Below, piece after piece: positions 34,532 through 46,215 of a stretch of 64,000 bases of DNA (position 1 is its first letter; each line of letters begins with the position of its first letter). Where the stretch lies: assembly GCA_963833125.1 (NCBI GenBank), contig CAWHWX010000001.1, positions 160,001 through 224,000 of the forward strand. Reading direction: 5' to 3'. This DNA is from Candidatus Bathyarchaeota archaeon. Its GTDB lineage: Archaea; Thermoproteota; Bathyarchaeia; 40CM-2-53-6. The notes beneath the pieces are model-generated. The model ran no database searches. It was not told the DNA's origin and saw nothing but the letters and a program-made list of their open reading frames with translations. The translations under genes and the position numbers were made by a program.

Positions 34532-36270
34532 TCATTCGAGAGTTGGAATAGGATGGTCGTAGGATAGATTTTCGTTGAAGTATTGGTCGCCATGTGAAAT
34601 TATTTGTTGATATTTCGGGAACTCGTTCACTTTCCGCTGGCGGGGCAGATCTTGTTCCACCATAATTAGTTTGGCGTGAGGAGTGTAAACGACTCTGCGG
34701 CCTATTCCTTGTTGTGAGAGGCAATAGCCGATGTCAGCTGCGGTTTCAAGATTAGTGTCAAACCCTCCGAGCTTACGGAACACCTCGCTAGGGGTGGCTA
34801 GACAGTAACCGGATACTGCATTCAGGTCTCTGAACCATTCAGTGTGTCCCAGAGCGAGGGAAGATACTTCTCGAGCACCTCTGAAGAGATAGTCTGAAAG
34901 ACCAATGATAATTCCTCCATGCAGTATCCTATGATCAGCTTGTTAGGATCATGCATCCAACCGCTCCCACCTTGTTAATTGAAGCCCACCCCGCTAACTC
35001 TTCAAGCCAGTCTGCACTCGATACCTCCGTTAGAGAGTTGAGGAACACCAGTACTTTGCCGGAAGCATTCTTCGCCCCTTCGTTGTACGCCGCATACTGC
35101 TCAAATCGAGAATGAAAGTGGTACAGAGCGCACTTTACGAATATCAAGGTCCATCTGATCAGGAGTTACGACGATTATCTCGAAATTCTTGTATGACGAC
35201 TTATTTTTGACTGAGTTAACGCAACGACGAACGACCGTCTTTTCAGTGCCGGTGATGATTACTGAAACAAGAGGGCTATCCGGAAGCTTCCATCTAACCC
35301 GCAACGCGCCAGATGCGTGTCGCTGAGCTTTCCCATCTATCTGATTTCGTTCAAGATATTGATCTACAACTCGGAGCTGCGCCGTTTTAGCGTACGGTTT
35401 TGCATGGAATCCGACTGCTGAGACTGAGGAGGGTGCCTCTCTCCAATGATACAAGATCTTGGGTATGTGGGCGATTTTATCACTGTGCTCGGTGGTTCTG
35501 AGGAACAGATCCCAATCCTGCGCACCGTCGGTTTCGGGCCTGAAGCCCCCCAAGCTCCTAGTGAGCGTTGAGCTGAGCACACAGAGATGTGTAAGGTAAT
35601 TTACGGAAAGCATCATGTCGGGAGACCAATCAGGCTTGAAAAGAGGGTCAATCCGTTTTCCGTCGAACATCATGCGGTCCGAGTCTGAGTAGATGACAGC
35701 GCTCTCGGCATTTTGGTTTAGGAGGGACACGACCTCAAATAGTGCGAAAGGAGCCAGAAGATCGTCGTGATCAAGAAAGGTAAAGAAATCACCACGAGCC
35801 AGATCCAGCGCTTTGTTCGAATTTACTGAAATTCCCAGATTCCGCTCCAAGAATTCGATTCTCGTGTTCTTATTTTGCTTCGCAAATTCCCTGAGATAAT
35901 CTCTTACCTCTTTCCTTGAGCCTCCATCAACGATGCATAGTTCCCAGTTCTCATAGGTTTGCGCGACAACGGAATTGAGCGTTTCAGTCAATAGATCGAG
36001 TGGAGGATTCCAAACAGGAGTTATTATGCTAATCAGCGGATGATAGTCGAACTTCTTCGCAAGAAGAGGTTGTTCCGCAAGGGCGGCATCAGACGGTTCG
36101 CTTCGCGCTATCCAGCGAGCATAATCCTGATCAGGCACAGACGGACCGAGAACGTAGAACGCTCGCATTCGAAGTTTCTCTAGTGCCTGTGAAGTTAGTG
36201 AACTAAGTCCTTCGTTTCTCGCGATATGGAGACTTCGTTGCACAATTTTCCAGAGTTCAAGTAACTCCAT
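34532..36270 (-). CDS. Double-domain GT2 glycosyltransferase (WsaE/RfbC-like); frameshifts near 35110 and 34935
   Basis: ISIITPVWN, WELCIVDGGS, FLDHDDLL, FKPDWSPD, GAQDWDL, LYHWR; degenerate second domain. Confidence 0.88.
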
Positions 36271-36633
36271 TTAGAACGTCAACTCCAGACGAACAGCAAT
36301 CGCTTCCGGCCACGGAGTTCCGGCTGACGGATCGACGAAACTTGACTCCTCCATATACTCGTGCTGTATTCAAGTGGATTGAAAACTCTGGTTCTCGACT
36401 CTTATCTTGAAGGCATTTGTTGAGTTGCGTGTGGTTCAATTAAGGTTGTCATTGGACTCACGGATTATCAAGTAAGAGTTGTTCGTCGAAGTACACTCCA
36501 TTTGGATTGCTAAGGGCTGTCAAAAATCATTTATCTGTCATTGGGGGTGAGCATGCGACATAAGCTTGCAACTGGATGAGAAGCGTTATTTGGCCGTTAT
36601 ATTTTGAAAGACGAACGAGTGCGTTGAGAAACT

Positions 36634-37403
36634 TTGTCCGGCACCATCAAACATTATTTTGATACTACGGTGGTGTTGGCTCAGAAAGACTTCAAGATCC
36701 GCTACAGGAATTCTGTCCTCGGGTTCCTCTGGTCTCTGCTCAATCCGCTTGCGTACATGTTGATCCTGAGTCTAGTGTTCAGCTTTCTTCTTCACCAAAA
36801 TATACCTCACTATGCAGCGTGGGTTCTCATTGCAATCCTTAGCTTGGAGATTCTTCACCGTTGGCACCAGTCAAGGATTGATGTCGATCGTTGGAAATCC
36901 GTCATTAGTGACCAAAATCTATTTACCGCGTTATTTGATAGTCCTTTCAAATAATACTGCGAATTTCATCGGCGCAGTGATGGAATTCGTGGCGTTACTG
37001 CCCTTGCTCGTGTTCTTGGGTGCCAATTTCACGATTGACGTGATCTTGCTTCCTCTCTTCCTAGTGTTTGAGTTCTGCCTCATATTCGCTTTGTCATTAT
37101 CCCTTGCATCGCTCAATGTCAAGTACCGAGACTTCTATCAACTATGGGATATCGCGCTTCAGCTGGGTTTCTGGTTATCACCAATCGTCTACGATGTCAG
37201 TGCTATTCCATCACGATATCAGTCACTATACCTGTTAAACCCGATGGCGCGCTTGATAGGAGCTCTGCGAGGCAATCCTGCTCTTCAATCAACTGCCGTC
37301 AATATCCGATTATCTCGTAATGCTCGGTAGCATAGCAATTTTGATGACTATGGGATTCCTGATATTCAGGTCGGTCGAAGGAAAATTCGCGGAGGAACTT
37401 TGA
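36634..37403 (+). CDS. wzm: Polysaccharide ABC transporter permease; frameshifts near 36840 and 37270
   Basis: DFKIRYRNSVLGFLWSLLNPL, LVTKIYLPR, KYRDF, WLSPIVY, LNPM; shifted C-terminus ends FAEEL* at 37403. Confidence 0.9.
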
Positions 37404-37413
37404 AACGTCGCTC

Positions 37414-38181
37414 TTGAAAATAGACGGAGTTTGGAAGAAATTCACGATTCCGCACGAGAAACGAGCCAATGTCTTTGACTACTTGGCGAGCGTACTGTCT
37501 ATCTTCGAGGGAGAACGGTACACGTTTGAAACGTTTTGGGCGCTGAAAGACATCAATGTGAACTTGGATTACGGAGAGTCTTTGGGAATTATTGGCTCGA
37601 ACGGAAGCGGGAAAAGCACTCTACTAAAACTAATCGCGCACATCATGAACCCGGAAAAGGGACTCATTACCCTTAACGGTTCTTCTGCGTCCATACTTGA
37701 ACTAGGTTTAGGTTTTCACGGCGATTTGACCGTTAAGGAGAATGCCGTCGTCTATGGGGTGTTGATGGGAATCCCTCGTTCAGAAATTAAGAAACGCATT
37801 CCTGAAATTGTTGATTTTGGAGGACTAACCAGATTTCAGGATGCTAAACTCAAGACACTATCAACGGGAATGAGTGTACGACTTGCTTTCTCGATTGCCA
37901 TCCAAACAAAAGCCAACATTTTCCTAATAGATGAGGCACTTGCAGTAGGTGATGCAGAATTTCAGGAGAAATGCTTCCGCAAATTCACCGAATTCAAAAG
38001 GGACAAGAAATCAATCATCCTCGTATCACACAACATGAAGTTAATCAATCGATTCTGCGAAAAAACACTCTACCTGGCTAATGGAGAAGTAAGAACGCTC
38101 GGAAACAGCGACGAAGTTACGAGCCGGTACTTGCAAGACGTTAAATCAAGTGACGGGACAATCAACAACACGCTGTCCTAA
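37414..38181 (+). CDS. wzt: Polysaccharide ABC transporter ATP-binding protein without C-terminal carbohydrate-binding domain
   Basis: FWALKDI, GSNGSGKST, LSTGM..RLAF, IDEALAVGDAEFQEKC, VSHN; 255 aa. Confidence 0.93.
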   Translation: MKIDGVWKKFTIPHEKRANVFDYLASVLSIFEGERYTFETFWALKDINVNLDYGESLGIIGSNGSGKSTLLKLIAHIMNPEKGLITLNGSSASILELGLGFHGDLTVKENAVVYGVLMGIPRSEIKKRIPEIVDFGGLTRFQDAKLKTLSTGMSVRLAFSIAIQTKANIFLIDEALAVGDAEFQEKCFRKFTEFKRDKKSIILVSHNMKLINRFCEKTLYLANGEVRTLGNSDEVTSRYLQDVKSSDGTINNTLS

Positions 38182-38365
38182 CCTCAATTCGTATGCGGCT
38201 CAAGAGGATCGGGGGCCGCAATCTCTTGTCACTGCTAGTGACCGGAGTTATTGCGACAAATCTGCTAACTTCGAACACGTCGGTATAAATGTTTGAACTG
38301 GAAAGATGTTGCACTGAGATTTCTGCACGGGGGCTGGAGGGCGAGGTTGAAGGATTTACCTAAAG

Positions 38366-39473
38366 ATGAAAGAATCTGAGGGCAACAATCGAAGAAGTTT
38401 CCTCCGCAAAATCTTGACAGTTACAGCTTCTGCTGGCGTCGCTGGGTTACTCCTTGATCGACTACCCGGGAAAAGACGTTATTCCGCCGGTTCAGGCCGA
38501 TAACCCAATGGAAGATTGACACTGCGAACACGGGAAGCAGTATAACGTCTTTCTCCAGCGGTGGGAATGCAGCTCTAATGGCTACGAATACTATGAATGG
38601 TGCTGCGCTTCAGGGGACCTGTACTGTTGGAACCGGCGTCTTGGGAACTACTACTACTGGCACGGGTGTGCAGGGAACGGCATCATCTTCACCTGGTGTG
38701 GCGGTGGCCGGTTTCGGATCTGGAGGAGGGACTGGGGTAAGTGGGCTATCTGACACGGGGGTGCCGGTCTTTGCCACTAGCGGCGGATTCGAGGAGTATC
38801 AATTCCTCAAGTCGGGTGGTTCGCAGTATAGCCGGATGCATGCGACTGGGGATGGAATTAACAGGTTTGCTGTGAACATGAGTTATGATGGGACGCACTT
38901 CAACTTGGATAATACGGCGGATAACGGCGTCTCATTCCTAGTCAATTCAAACCTTAACGCGAGCTCCATCTTCGCAATCCAATACATCTCCCCAGGTTCT
39001 AATCCCGTCCTGCTCCTGTAAGTCGTACTTGGTCATGAAACCGAATGGAAACGTTGGAATCGGAACCGCCACGCCCAGCTTACCTACTCGACGTAGCTGG
39101 CGCCGTGCATGCTACCAGCTTCCCCACCAGCTCGGATATGCGTTTCAAGGAAGATATTCAACCCATCGATAATGCGCTTGAGAAAGTCTTAGCCTTGAAA
39201 GGCGTATACTTCAAGTGGAATGATCTGCACCGTGATGTGTTGAAGAGAGATAATACTGTGAACCGGCAGATCGGGTTGGTTGCGCAGCAAGTCAGGGAGG
39301 TGCTTCCTGAGGTTGTGTCGGAATGGGCTGATCAGGGTGCGGAGGACTACCTAGCCGTAGACTACAGCAGACTCACTGCAGTTACTATCGAGGCAATCAA
39401 GGAACTGAAAGCAGAGAATAACACGCTGCGAGACCGAATCGGAGTTCTTGAAAGAAAACTAGCGGCAAGCTAG
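38366..39473 (+). CDS. Tat-signal fibre-like protein with C-terminal peptidase S74 intramolecular chaperone; several frameshifts
   Basis: ATG 38366 MKESEGNNRRSFLRKILTVTASAGVAGLLL...(shift)VIPPVQA; Gly/Thr repeats GTGVLG/GTGVQG/GTGVSG; NGNVGIGTATP.YLLDVAG; TSSDMRFKEDIQPIDNALEKV..LKGVYF.W, IGLVAQQV.EVLPEVV, VDYSRL, terminal coiled coil. Confidence 0.8.
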
Positions 39474-39499
39474 TCTTCTCTTCATTTTTTCCCGTCATA

Positions 39500-40111
39500 A
39501 GCCGTTGAAGGTCCGACTCGTGAACTACAATCTGATCATTTCTTCTCGAAAACCGTACAAGCGAACGTACTATATTCATCAGCAGATTCGTTTTAGGCCG
39601 TAATGAGAAGTGCTTCCTCAAGCGTCTCTGCAGATTTCCTAATGAATAATCACGAAGATTCTCATGGTTCCAAGGAGGTTGCAGTGGAAGGAGTCTCACT
39701 GCCCTGTTGGGTGTTTTTAGAAGCAGACAACCATCTTCCGTCAAGACCCGCCGCAGTTCGGACAAGAGGATATCTGGCTGGGGAACGTGTTCAATGGCTT
39801 CAAAGCATGTCACTAGTTGAAAGGACGATCTCGTGAACCCCAATCTCCGGGCATCCATGACTGACACTCCCAGATGCTGCGTAGAGGCGGACCATTTTGA
39901 CAATTGACTGATTTTGGTCCTATCTATGTCTGAGGGCTACAACCTGGTTGGCCCTCTCGGCCAACCATAACGAGCCGTGTCCCGGATCGCATGCCACATC
40001 TAGGATTGTCTTCCTCGAAGCAAGTTGACCAGTGTAAACGTATGGGGTAAGAAGGCGTATGAACTCGAGGTTGGAAACACCCTCGGGTTTTGAAGGTAGT
40101 TCGAAGTTCAA
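39500..40111 (-). pseudogene. Degenerate class I SAM methyltransferase
   Basis: ILDVACDPGHG (degenerate motif I), FQLVTCFEAIEHV, LRRVLTEDG..KTPN; split into two ORFs with an eroded C-terminus. Confidence 0.7.
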
Positions 40112-40347
40112 GTGGTTCCGTTTTTCGTTCAGAGAATTTTAATGCCGCATGCCCAATGACCCAACTCCAGTAAAGCTAACGAGCATTTTCTTCTATCAAT
40201 TTCGGCGCCAAACTAGACGCCACTACACGAATCCTTGGTACAATTCAATTGTTATTTCCTCGTTTTTCTTCATGTTGAATTTCACCTCGACGGTCCATAC
40301 ACCCCGTCCCATTCTTCTCATTGAGTAAGGGTTCTTCACTAAGGAAA

Positions 40348-40566
40348 TTATCCCCCTGGCAATAGCAATTCGATTCCAGTGTAGTGATCAGGAAAATTCG
40401 TACCCTCCCAAAATGAACGATCGCCACACACTACATCTATGACATCATCAACAGATTTTACGTATTTGTCGATGGTTTCCCATTTCCTAGATTCTCCGAT
40501 AGAACCCTCTCCGCTGGACCCACCTTTCTTGTAGAGTTCTTCCCAATATCCCATGTTTATTGTCAC
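40348..40566 (-). pseudogene. N-terminal remnant of a methyltransferase
   Basis: YWEELYKKGGSSGEGS...VIDVVCGD...YTGIE, then truncated. Confidence 0.6.
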
Positions 40567-41038
40567 ACAATTGAAGAAACCCGTTAGCCGCTCATCCTTT
40601 ATTCCCGATAGGATTTGAATGAATGTTAACCACTTATTTTGACCTTTGATTTCGATGCACGCTACTATCGCAGATGAGGGCTATCCTATACGATTCAAAC
40701 TAGGCTAGGCGACGGAGACTTTACAAATCCAGAAATCACACGTGAATCGGCAATTTCTAACTAGGAAATCCATAACGAGGCTTCGTGCGACTCCCCACCC
40801 TCACAAGATTTCTGTTACTCCAAACCGTTTCGCTTGCAACCGATAACATCCACAAAGAAACGGAGGAAAAATAGATTAATCATCTGAGCAAGATGGAGTG
40901 TGACGCGACTTGCCTAGAAATATGGGCCATCATTCAGTATCGTTCTGTTTTGGTAATTGGAAACTGATGGTAAGAGCGTATGAATGGCAGAGCGAGATAT
41001 CCGGAAAAACGCTAATTCCTGATTAAGCCCTTGGGAAG

Positions 41039-42023
41039 ATGATTAGACTGAGAATCGTCGGAATGATGCCCGTTTACAATGAAGCGGACATTGTCGGACA
41101 GGCAATTGAACATTTGGCATCACAAGAAATCAAGCTCGTAGTTTTGGACAATGGTTCAACCGACGGCTCTTTCGAAATCATCAAACGCTATGTCAGCAAA
41201 GGCGTACTTGAAGTCCAGCAGATGGTGACAGAGAAATTTGAGCTCACGTTAATGTTGAGAAAGCTTTTCGCGATGACAATTGAACACAATCCGGATTGGA
41301 TATTACTTAATGGGGCGGACGAGTTTCTTGAGTCGCCTTATCGCGGCTTCACTCTCAACAACGCCATTCTAATCGAGGCGAAGAGGGGGTATAATCTGAT
41401 CCAATTCAACAATTTTGAATTCCTCCCGACGGAAAAAGATCATGATTCTCAAGAAAGCGATGTCAAGAGGCGGCTTCGGTATTACAGTTGGCACGATGAC
41501 GACCAATTTCGATGTTGGAAGGTATTCCCCGGTATGAATGTTGATGAGTTCGGTGGTCATAAACCATCTTTTCCACCCGGGGTGGAAATGAGAGTTTCTC
41601 CGAACAAATTCGTCCTTAGGCATTACAAGATTCGGTCATATGAACACGGACTAAGAAAGATATTTCGTGATAGATTACCACGATACAGACCGGAACAGCG
41701 TGCAAAAGGTTGGAATGTTCACTATGACAATTTTAGCACCAGCCGAAACTATTTTGTTATCGACTCAAGCAAACTCACACGTTATGACGACGATGGAAAT
41801 TGGAATTTGGCAAAGACATTTGATGGTTCTTTTGGGGCGTGGAATCCTCCTTCGGCCACCGAGGAGATATTAAGGCTTCAAGATGAAAATGCACAATCTG
41901 TCCTCGGAACTCAGGAAACGTGATCTGATTATCACCGAGCTAAACAATAGCTTATCCTTGCATCTGGGGCGAAGAGTTCCTTTTGGGGCTCGCATTCGCA
42001 AGTTGTTGGTTCCGAAGAAATAG
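41039..42023 (+). CDS. GT2 (Glyco_tranf_2_4-like) glycosyltransferase, copy 1; frameshift near 41895
   Basis: MPVYNEAD, LDNGSTDGS, ADEFL, GGH, LRHYKIRS; shifted tail ELRKRDLIITELNNSLSLHLGRRVPFGARIRKLLVPKK* matches copy 2. Confidence 0.88.
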
Positions 42024-42100
42024 ATGTCTCATTCGGTGCGGTATATTCTACCCGAGGCTGCTAAGAGTCGGGAATATTTGAAGGGAAATTCTATGATCTT

Positions 42101-43458
42101 TCAATTAAGAGGTTTCCCTAGGATTTTTCGATAAATCGAGTGTAATCCAGCTCTGAGCGTAGATAGGAGAGAGGAGTATAGCTGCATCTCCAATCTGTGT
42201 ATTCTTCTAGATTCCTCTTCCACTAGCTCTGGCGGCATCGTGAATTTCTCTCGGTAGAATGTGGGTGTGAAGTCGTAGTCTTTGACACCTTGTGTCAACG
42301 ATGTCATTATCTGCTTGCAGGCTTCGAGATGATCATGATGTTGTTCTGCGTAACGTCTGCCTGCATATGCCAACCTACGGCGAAGAGAAGCGTCGAGAAT
42401 TACTTCGCGTAACTTGTCGGTAACTGTTGACTCTGTGATGTCGATGACCGGACAGTCTGAAGGGGTGCGTTCTTGCTCGGCGGAATTTCTTGAAAGCACA
42501 ACATTTCCCGTCGCCAAAGCTTCGCCAACTAGAATCCCGAGAACATTTATGTACAATTGGTCTATGACGATGTCTGATTCGGTCAATAAACTGCGTATCG
42601 TGGAATTAGGGACGTTCGTGACCATTTTGAACTCGAATCGAATACCCTCTCGTTTGAGCTGATCGACTGCGGAAAGGATGCGGGCGGTCCCCTTTATTTC
42701 TGGATTGCTGGGGCAATGCAAAACGATCGGGACTTGCCGTTCGGGTACAATGAACTGGTATTCTGATAAGACGAGGGGATCTGGAAGTTTCATGTAGGGT
42801 CGGACTTGGAGTTGTCCCATATTCGGTTTAGAGAGTATCAGGTCCAGCGTAACGTTCGGCGGTTCTAACGGTATTAGTTTTCATCGAAAGGAAATCGTCA
42901 GGACGGACGTTCGAAAAGTCGACGTATGGTCTAAGTCTCATTGGTGGAAAAAGGAACCAGGGTTGGGCGTAGGCTTCCTTCTTTAGGTAGGACAAGAAGG
43001 GTTCAACTTCCTTCTCCACACCTAATGAACAAGCCTCTTGCTCGTAAGCTTGCCAATACCGAATATCAGTTCCGCAGAATACACAGACGATTTTCTTACC
43101 AAACAATTTGAGAATTGGATAATCCCAATACCTCGGCAGGAACGAGGTGCCCCAAAAAAAGATGAAAACTTGGCAAGTAATCAGGCAAGACAGAAACTGG
43201 CGGAAAATGAACATCTGACGTTTGATCCAATAAAATGCCTTCTTAGAAATCCCTAAACGTGGATCAATGAATTGTGCCGGGGGGCCGACAACATCATCAA
43301 TTACTACATCGTATTGAGCTTCCGTATAGAGAGGGTTTCTAAACCATACGATCGTACGAGTTCGATAGCCAAGTGACTGGAACCCCTTAGCGTACGTAGT
43401 AGCCTGATTCGCAACATCCTTGAGACCAATGAAGATCCGCTGATTATTCTCTCCTCAC
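42101..43458 (-). CDS. GT-B (GT4-like) glycosyltransferase; frameshifts near 43450 and 42830
   Basis: Open frame upstream of ORF 42828..43214 reads RIFIGLKDVANQATTYAKGFQSLG; then GKKIVCVFCGTDIR, HCPSNPEIKGT, SDIVIDQL, EALATG. Confidence 0.75.
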
Positions 43459-43499
43459 TAATGCTACCTGGAAGCTCCAGGTTATCAGAACGCATGGCA

Positions 43500-45490
43500 A
43501 TCGAACAGGTCTTCGTCGGGTAGCTGCGTACTGTACTTAGGATTGTACCGCTTGGGAACATGTTACCGGTTGATGCAACTTCGTCGAGTTTGATTAGAAG
43601 CAGATGAATTTGCAATAGCCTCCTGATCAGTCTGTGATGTGGGAACTTGAACAAACTTCACTTTAATCTGAGAATCGAACGCATATGCCTCAGGTGTAAT
43701 GAAGGAGATTTCACGGATTTGCTTGATTACGCCCCCGAAGAGATTACCGGGAACAGCCGAGACTACGAGCCCATCCATTCCGTTCCCGAACACAAAACGG
43801 TATGTTCCGGTTGTTCCGTCTGCAAAGTTTAGCTGGACGAAGACCTGGGGAGCTTTGTATAGCAAGTTTCCGATGTCTCCAATGAGATTGTATTGCATTT
43901 GGACTTGAGCGATCATATAGCCACTGTAGTTTGACGGGACGGGAATTGTACCGCCGAAAGTCGACTCGACATCCTCGATAACCGACTGTGACCCGCAATA
44001 ATTCTCCCCTCTGCGCAAGACCATGAACGTTCCATCAAATCCGGATACTTGGTAATGACACATTAAGGCTCGAATGGTCAAGGGTTCATCAAAGAGAGGA
44101 TACCGACCATCAATTGAAGCAGGCTCATACAACACAAAATCGGGAGCATTGGAATCCAAGAAGTGGCGAGAGTTCAAGCCATCCAGATACGATGTATACG
44201 CCTGATAGCTTTGGAATACTGGTCTCGGATCCCACGTTATCCCATTACGCGAGTGCCATTGCCACATCCCAAGGAAATACATCTACGCTGTGGTTGGAAA
44301 GCGTCTCGATGGTGTGATCGGAAAGCTGGTACTGATTTCTAACATAAGAAAGACTCGAGGAGAACACACTTGATGAAACGCTTGGGTTGGACATTAACTC
44401 AATTGTATCTGTGAAGTTTGTCGGTGAGTACCTACCCCCTATGATGAAGTTTCCGGGGTAAATGGCCACACCTTGACAGACCAACAGCAAGGCCAACATG
44501 AGGATGCGACCATTCCTGACGACTCTTTTGCGTTCCTTAATCTGGGCCAACCCGAAGAATAGTGCCCATGCTCCGAAGAAAACAATGATATGACTTGGGT
44601 CTTGTCTAACGAAGCCTTCTTTGCAAGCAAAGACAGAGAAAGCCAAGCGAAAGGATCACGACGGGGGAGAATTTCTTAGTTCTCACTTCACGAATGAAAT
44701 AGAGCACGAACGCCGCAACTGCAATTATTCCAATGTAAGCCTCCCACGGCGGTCCGTCTACTGCCATGGCGGGCCCAAAGCCGATCACTATCTGATACGA
44801 GCCAACTACAAAAGAAGCTAGAGTCCCAACGCTCTTAGTTAACGCAATTCCAGCGAAGATGAAAACTGAAGAATATGCAGCTAACGATACGAGAGTAAGT
44901 CGCCGGCGTCCTTTGAAGTATAGAAACCCATCCCCAAGAATCATAGTTGCAAATACAGCAAGCCCAATATCGAGTTTGAAAAATGGCGTCGTCGCAGCAA
45001 AAGCCGAAAGCAAAGGAAAATACCAGTAACGTTCTTCCACAATCAAGTAGATAGCAATCAGTAAGAATACGGCTGCAAGTAGGAACGGTTCCTGCAGCAC
45101 CGATTCGATGATAGTTCCCGAAACCGCAAGAGTTACTGCAGTGAAGAGGCGGTGTTCATTCTTCAACACGAGGAGCAGAAGAGACAAGTAAAACAGCGTA
45201 TGGATTGTGATTCGAAATACGACCGCCTCGATCCATAACATTGTGTTAAGACCGACTGGGAAGAACAAGTAACCAAGCGGACCGTAGGTAAACAATATGT
45301 CTCTGCCAAAGATCAATCCACTCGCCACAGCCATATGCAGTGCCTGAACCCAAGACAAATCCAAACCACCTCCTGCCTTCAACAATGGAGTGGGAAAGGT
45401 CGCTAGCCATGCGACCAAGAAGCAAATACCTACAACAGAGTCGGTTACGCTCACTCTGCTCATTGGTGATAAACTAATTCTAGGTTCCAA
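43500..45490 (-). CDS. Polytopic GT-C-like membrane protein, copy 2 (paralogue of 26089..28137); frameshifts near 44630, 44250 and 43580
   Basis: ORFs 44606..45490, 44245..44646 and 43563..44282 align colinearly with copy 1. Confidence 0.8.
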
Positions 45491-45629
45491 ATCATATCAC
45501 ACTTCGAGCGCGTAAGCGATCCTATTGCGAAACTCTTTGAGAACAGACCCTGCCGAGGAAGCATCGATCATATGCGAATTTTCAACTCAGAAGTGAGTTT
45601 ACCGGAAAAATCAACAACGATTTCTGATG

Positions 45630-46208
45630 TTAACTTTCAGCTTCGTCACGCGTTTTCGACTTTAGCCCGAGTACGGCGCGCGCTCTCAACTCACCGCGCT
45701 TTGTTCCATCTGGGAACATCCGATCAATTCTTGAAGTGAATGATCGGATCGCTCTGTAGCTGAAGCTGGACCGGACGCTTTCAAGCTCGTTTTTCCCTCC
45801 CTGCAATCGCAACCATTCGTTATTTTCGTACCATCCCGCAAAATCGTCAACCTCAGCAGCTGAGGAGTCAATGCCAGTCGATAAGCAGTCCCTAGCCCAT
45901 AGCAGGAGACCTGAGTAATCGCCGTCCTCAACCTCTGGATATGCGGATTGAAGATCAGGCCGGGTCTTGTACAGAACCAGCAGTCTCGCCATAGGCCCAC
46001 CGATTCGCATACCCTTTACAGATCTATTACGACAATCTGTTAGCAGGTTTCTGTACGGTCTTACTCGAGGATAGGCGAGGTCCCAAGCCTCATGTTCGCT
46101 TAGCCGACTCAAATGTTCTGCCCACAGCATGAAGTATCGAAGATCTCCTATAGCGACTTCGGGAAACAGCCGTCTAAGATCTCCTCTTTCGTAGTAGAGC
46201 TTTAGCAA
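45630..46208 (-). CDS. Protein of two R.DL...(F/Y)PE helical modules plus amphipathic tail; possibly the frameshifted C-terminus of the upstream GT2
   Basis: LKLYYERGDLRRLFPEVAIGDL..WA and LVLYKTRPDLQSAYPEVEDGDY..LLLWA; tail ELESVRSSFSYR...FPDGTKRG. Its frame stays open back into the end of 46216..46950. Confidence 0.65.
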   Translation of the reverse strand: MLKLYYERGDLRRLFPEVAIGDLRYFMLWAEHLSRLSEHEAWDLAYPRVRPYRNLLTDCRNRSVKGMRIGGPMARLLVLYKTRPDLQSAYPEVEDGDYSGLLLWARDCLSTGIDSSAAEVDDFAGWYENNEWLRLQGGKNELESVRSSFSYRAIRSFTSRIDRMFPDGTKRGELRARAVLGLKSKTRDEAES

Positions 46209-46215
46209 TTCTGTC

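Noticed and set aside
43304-43654. 116-aa ORF as an independent gene
   Set aside because: It combines the shifted tail of the duplicated membrane protein with an off-frame read of the next glycosyltransferase's N-terminus.
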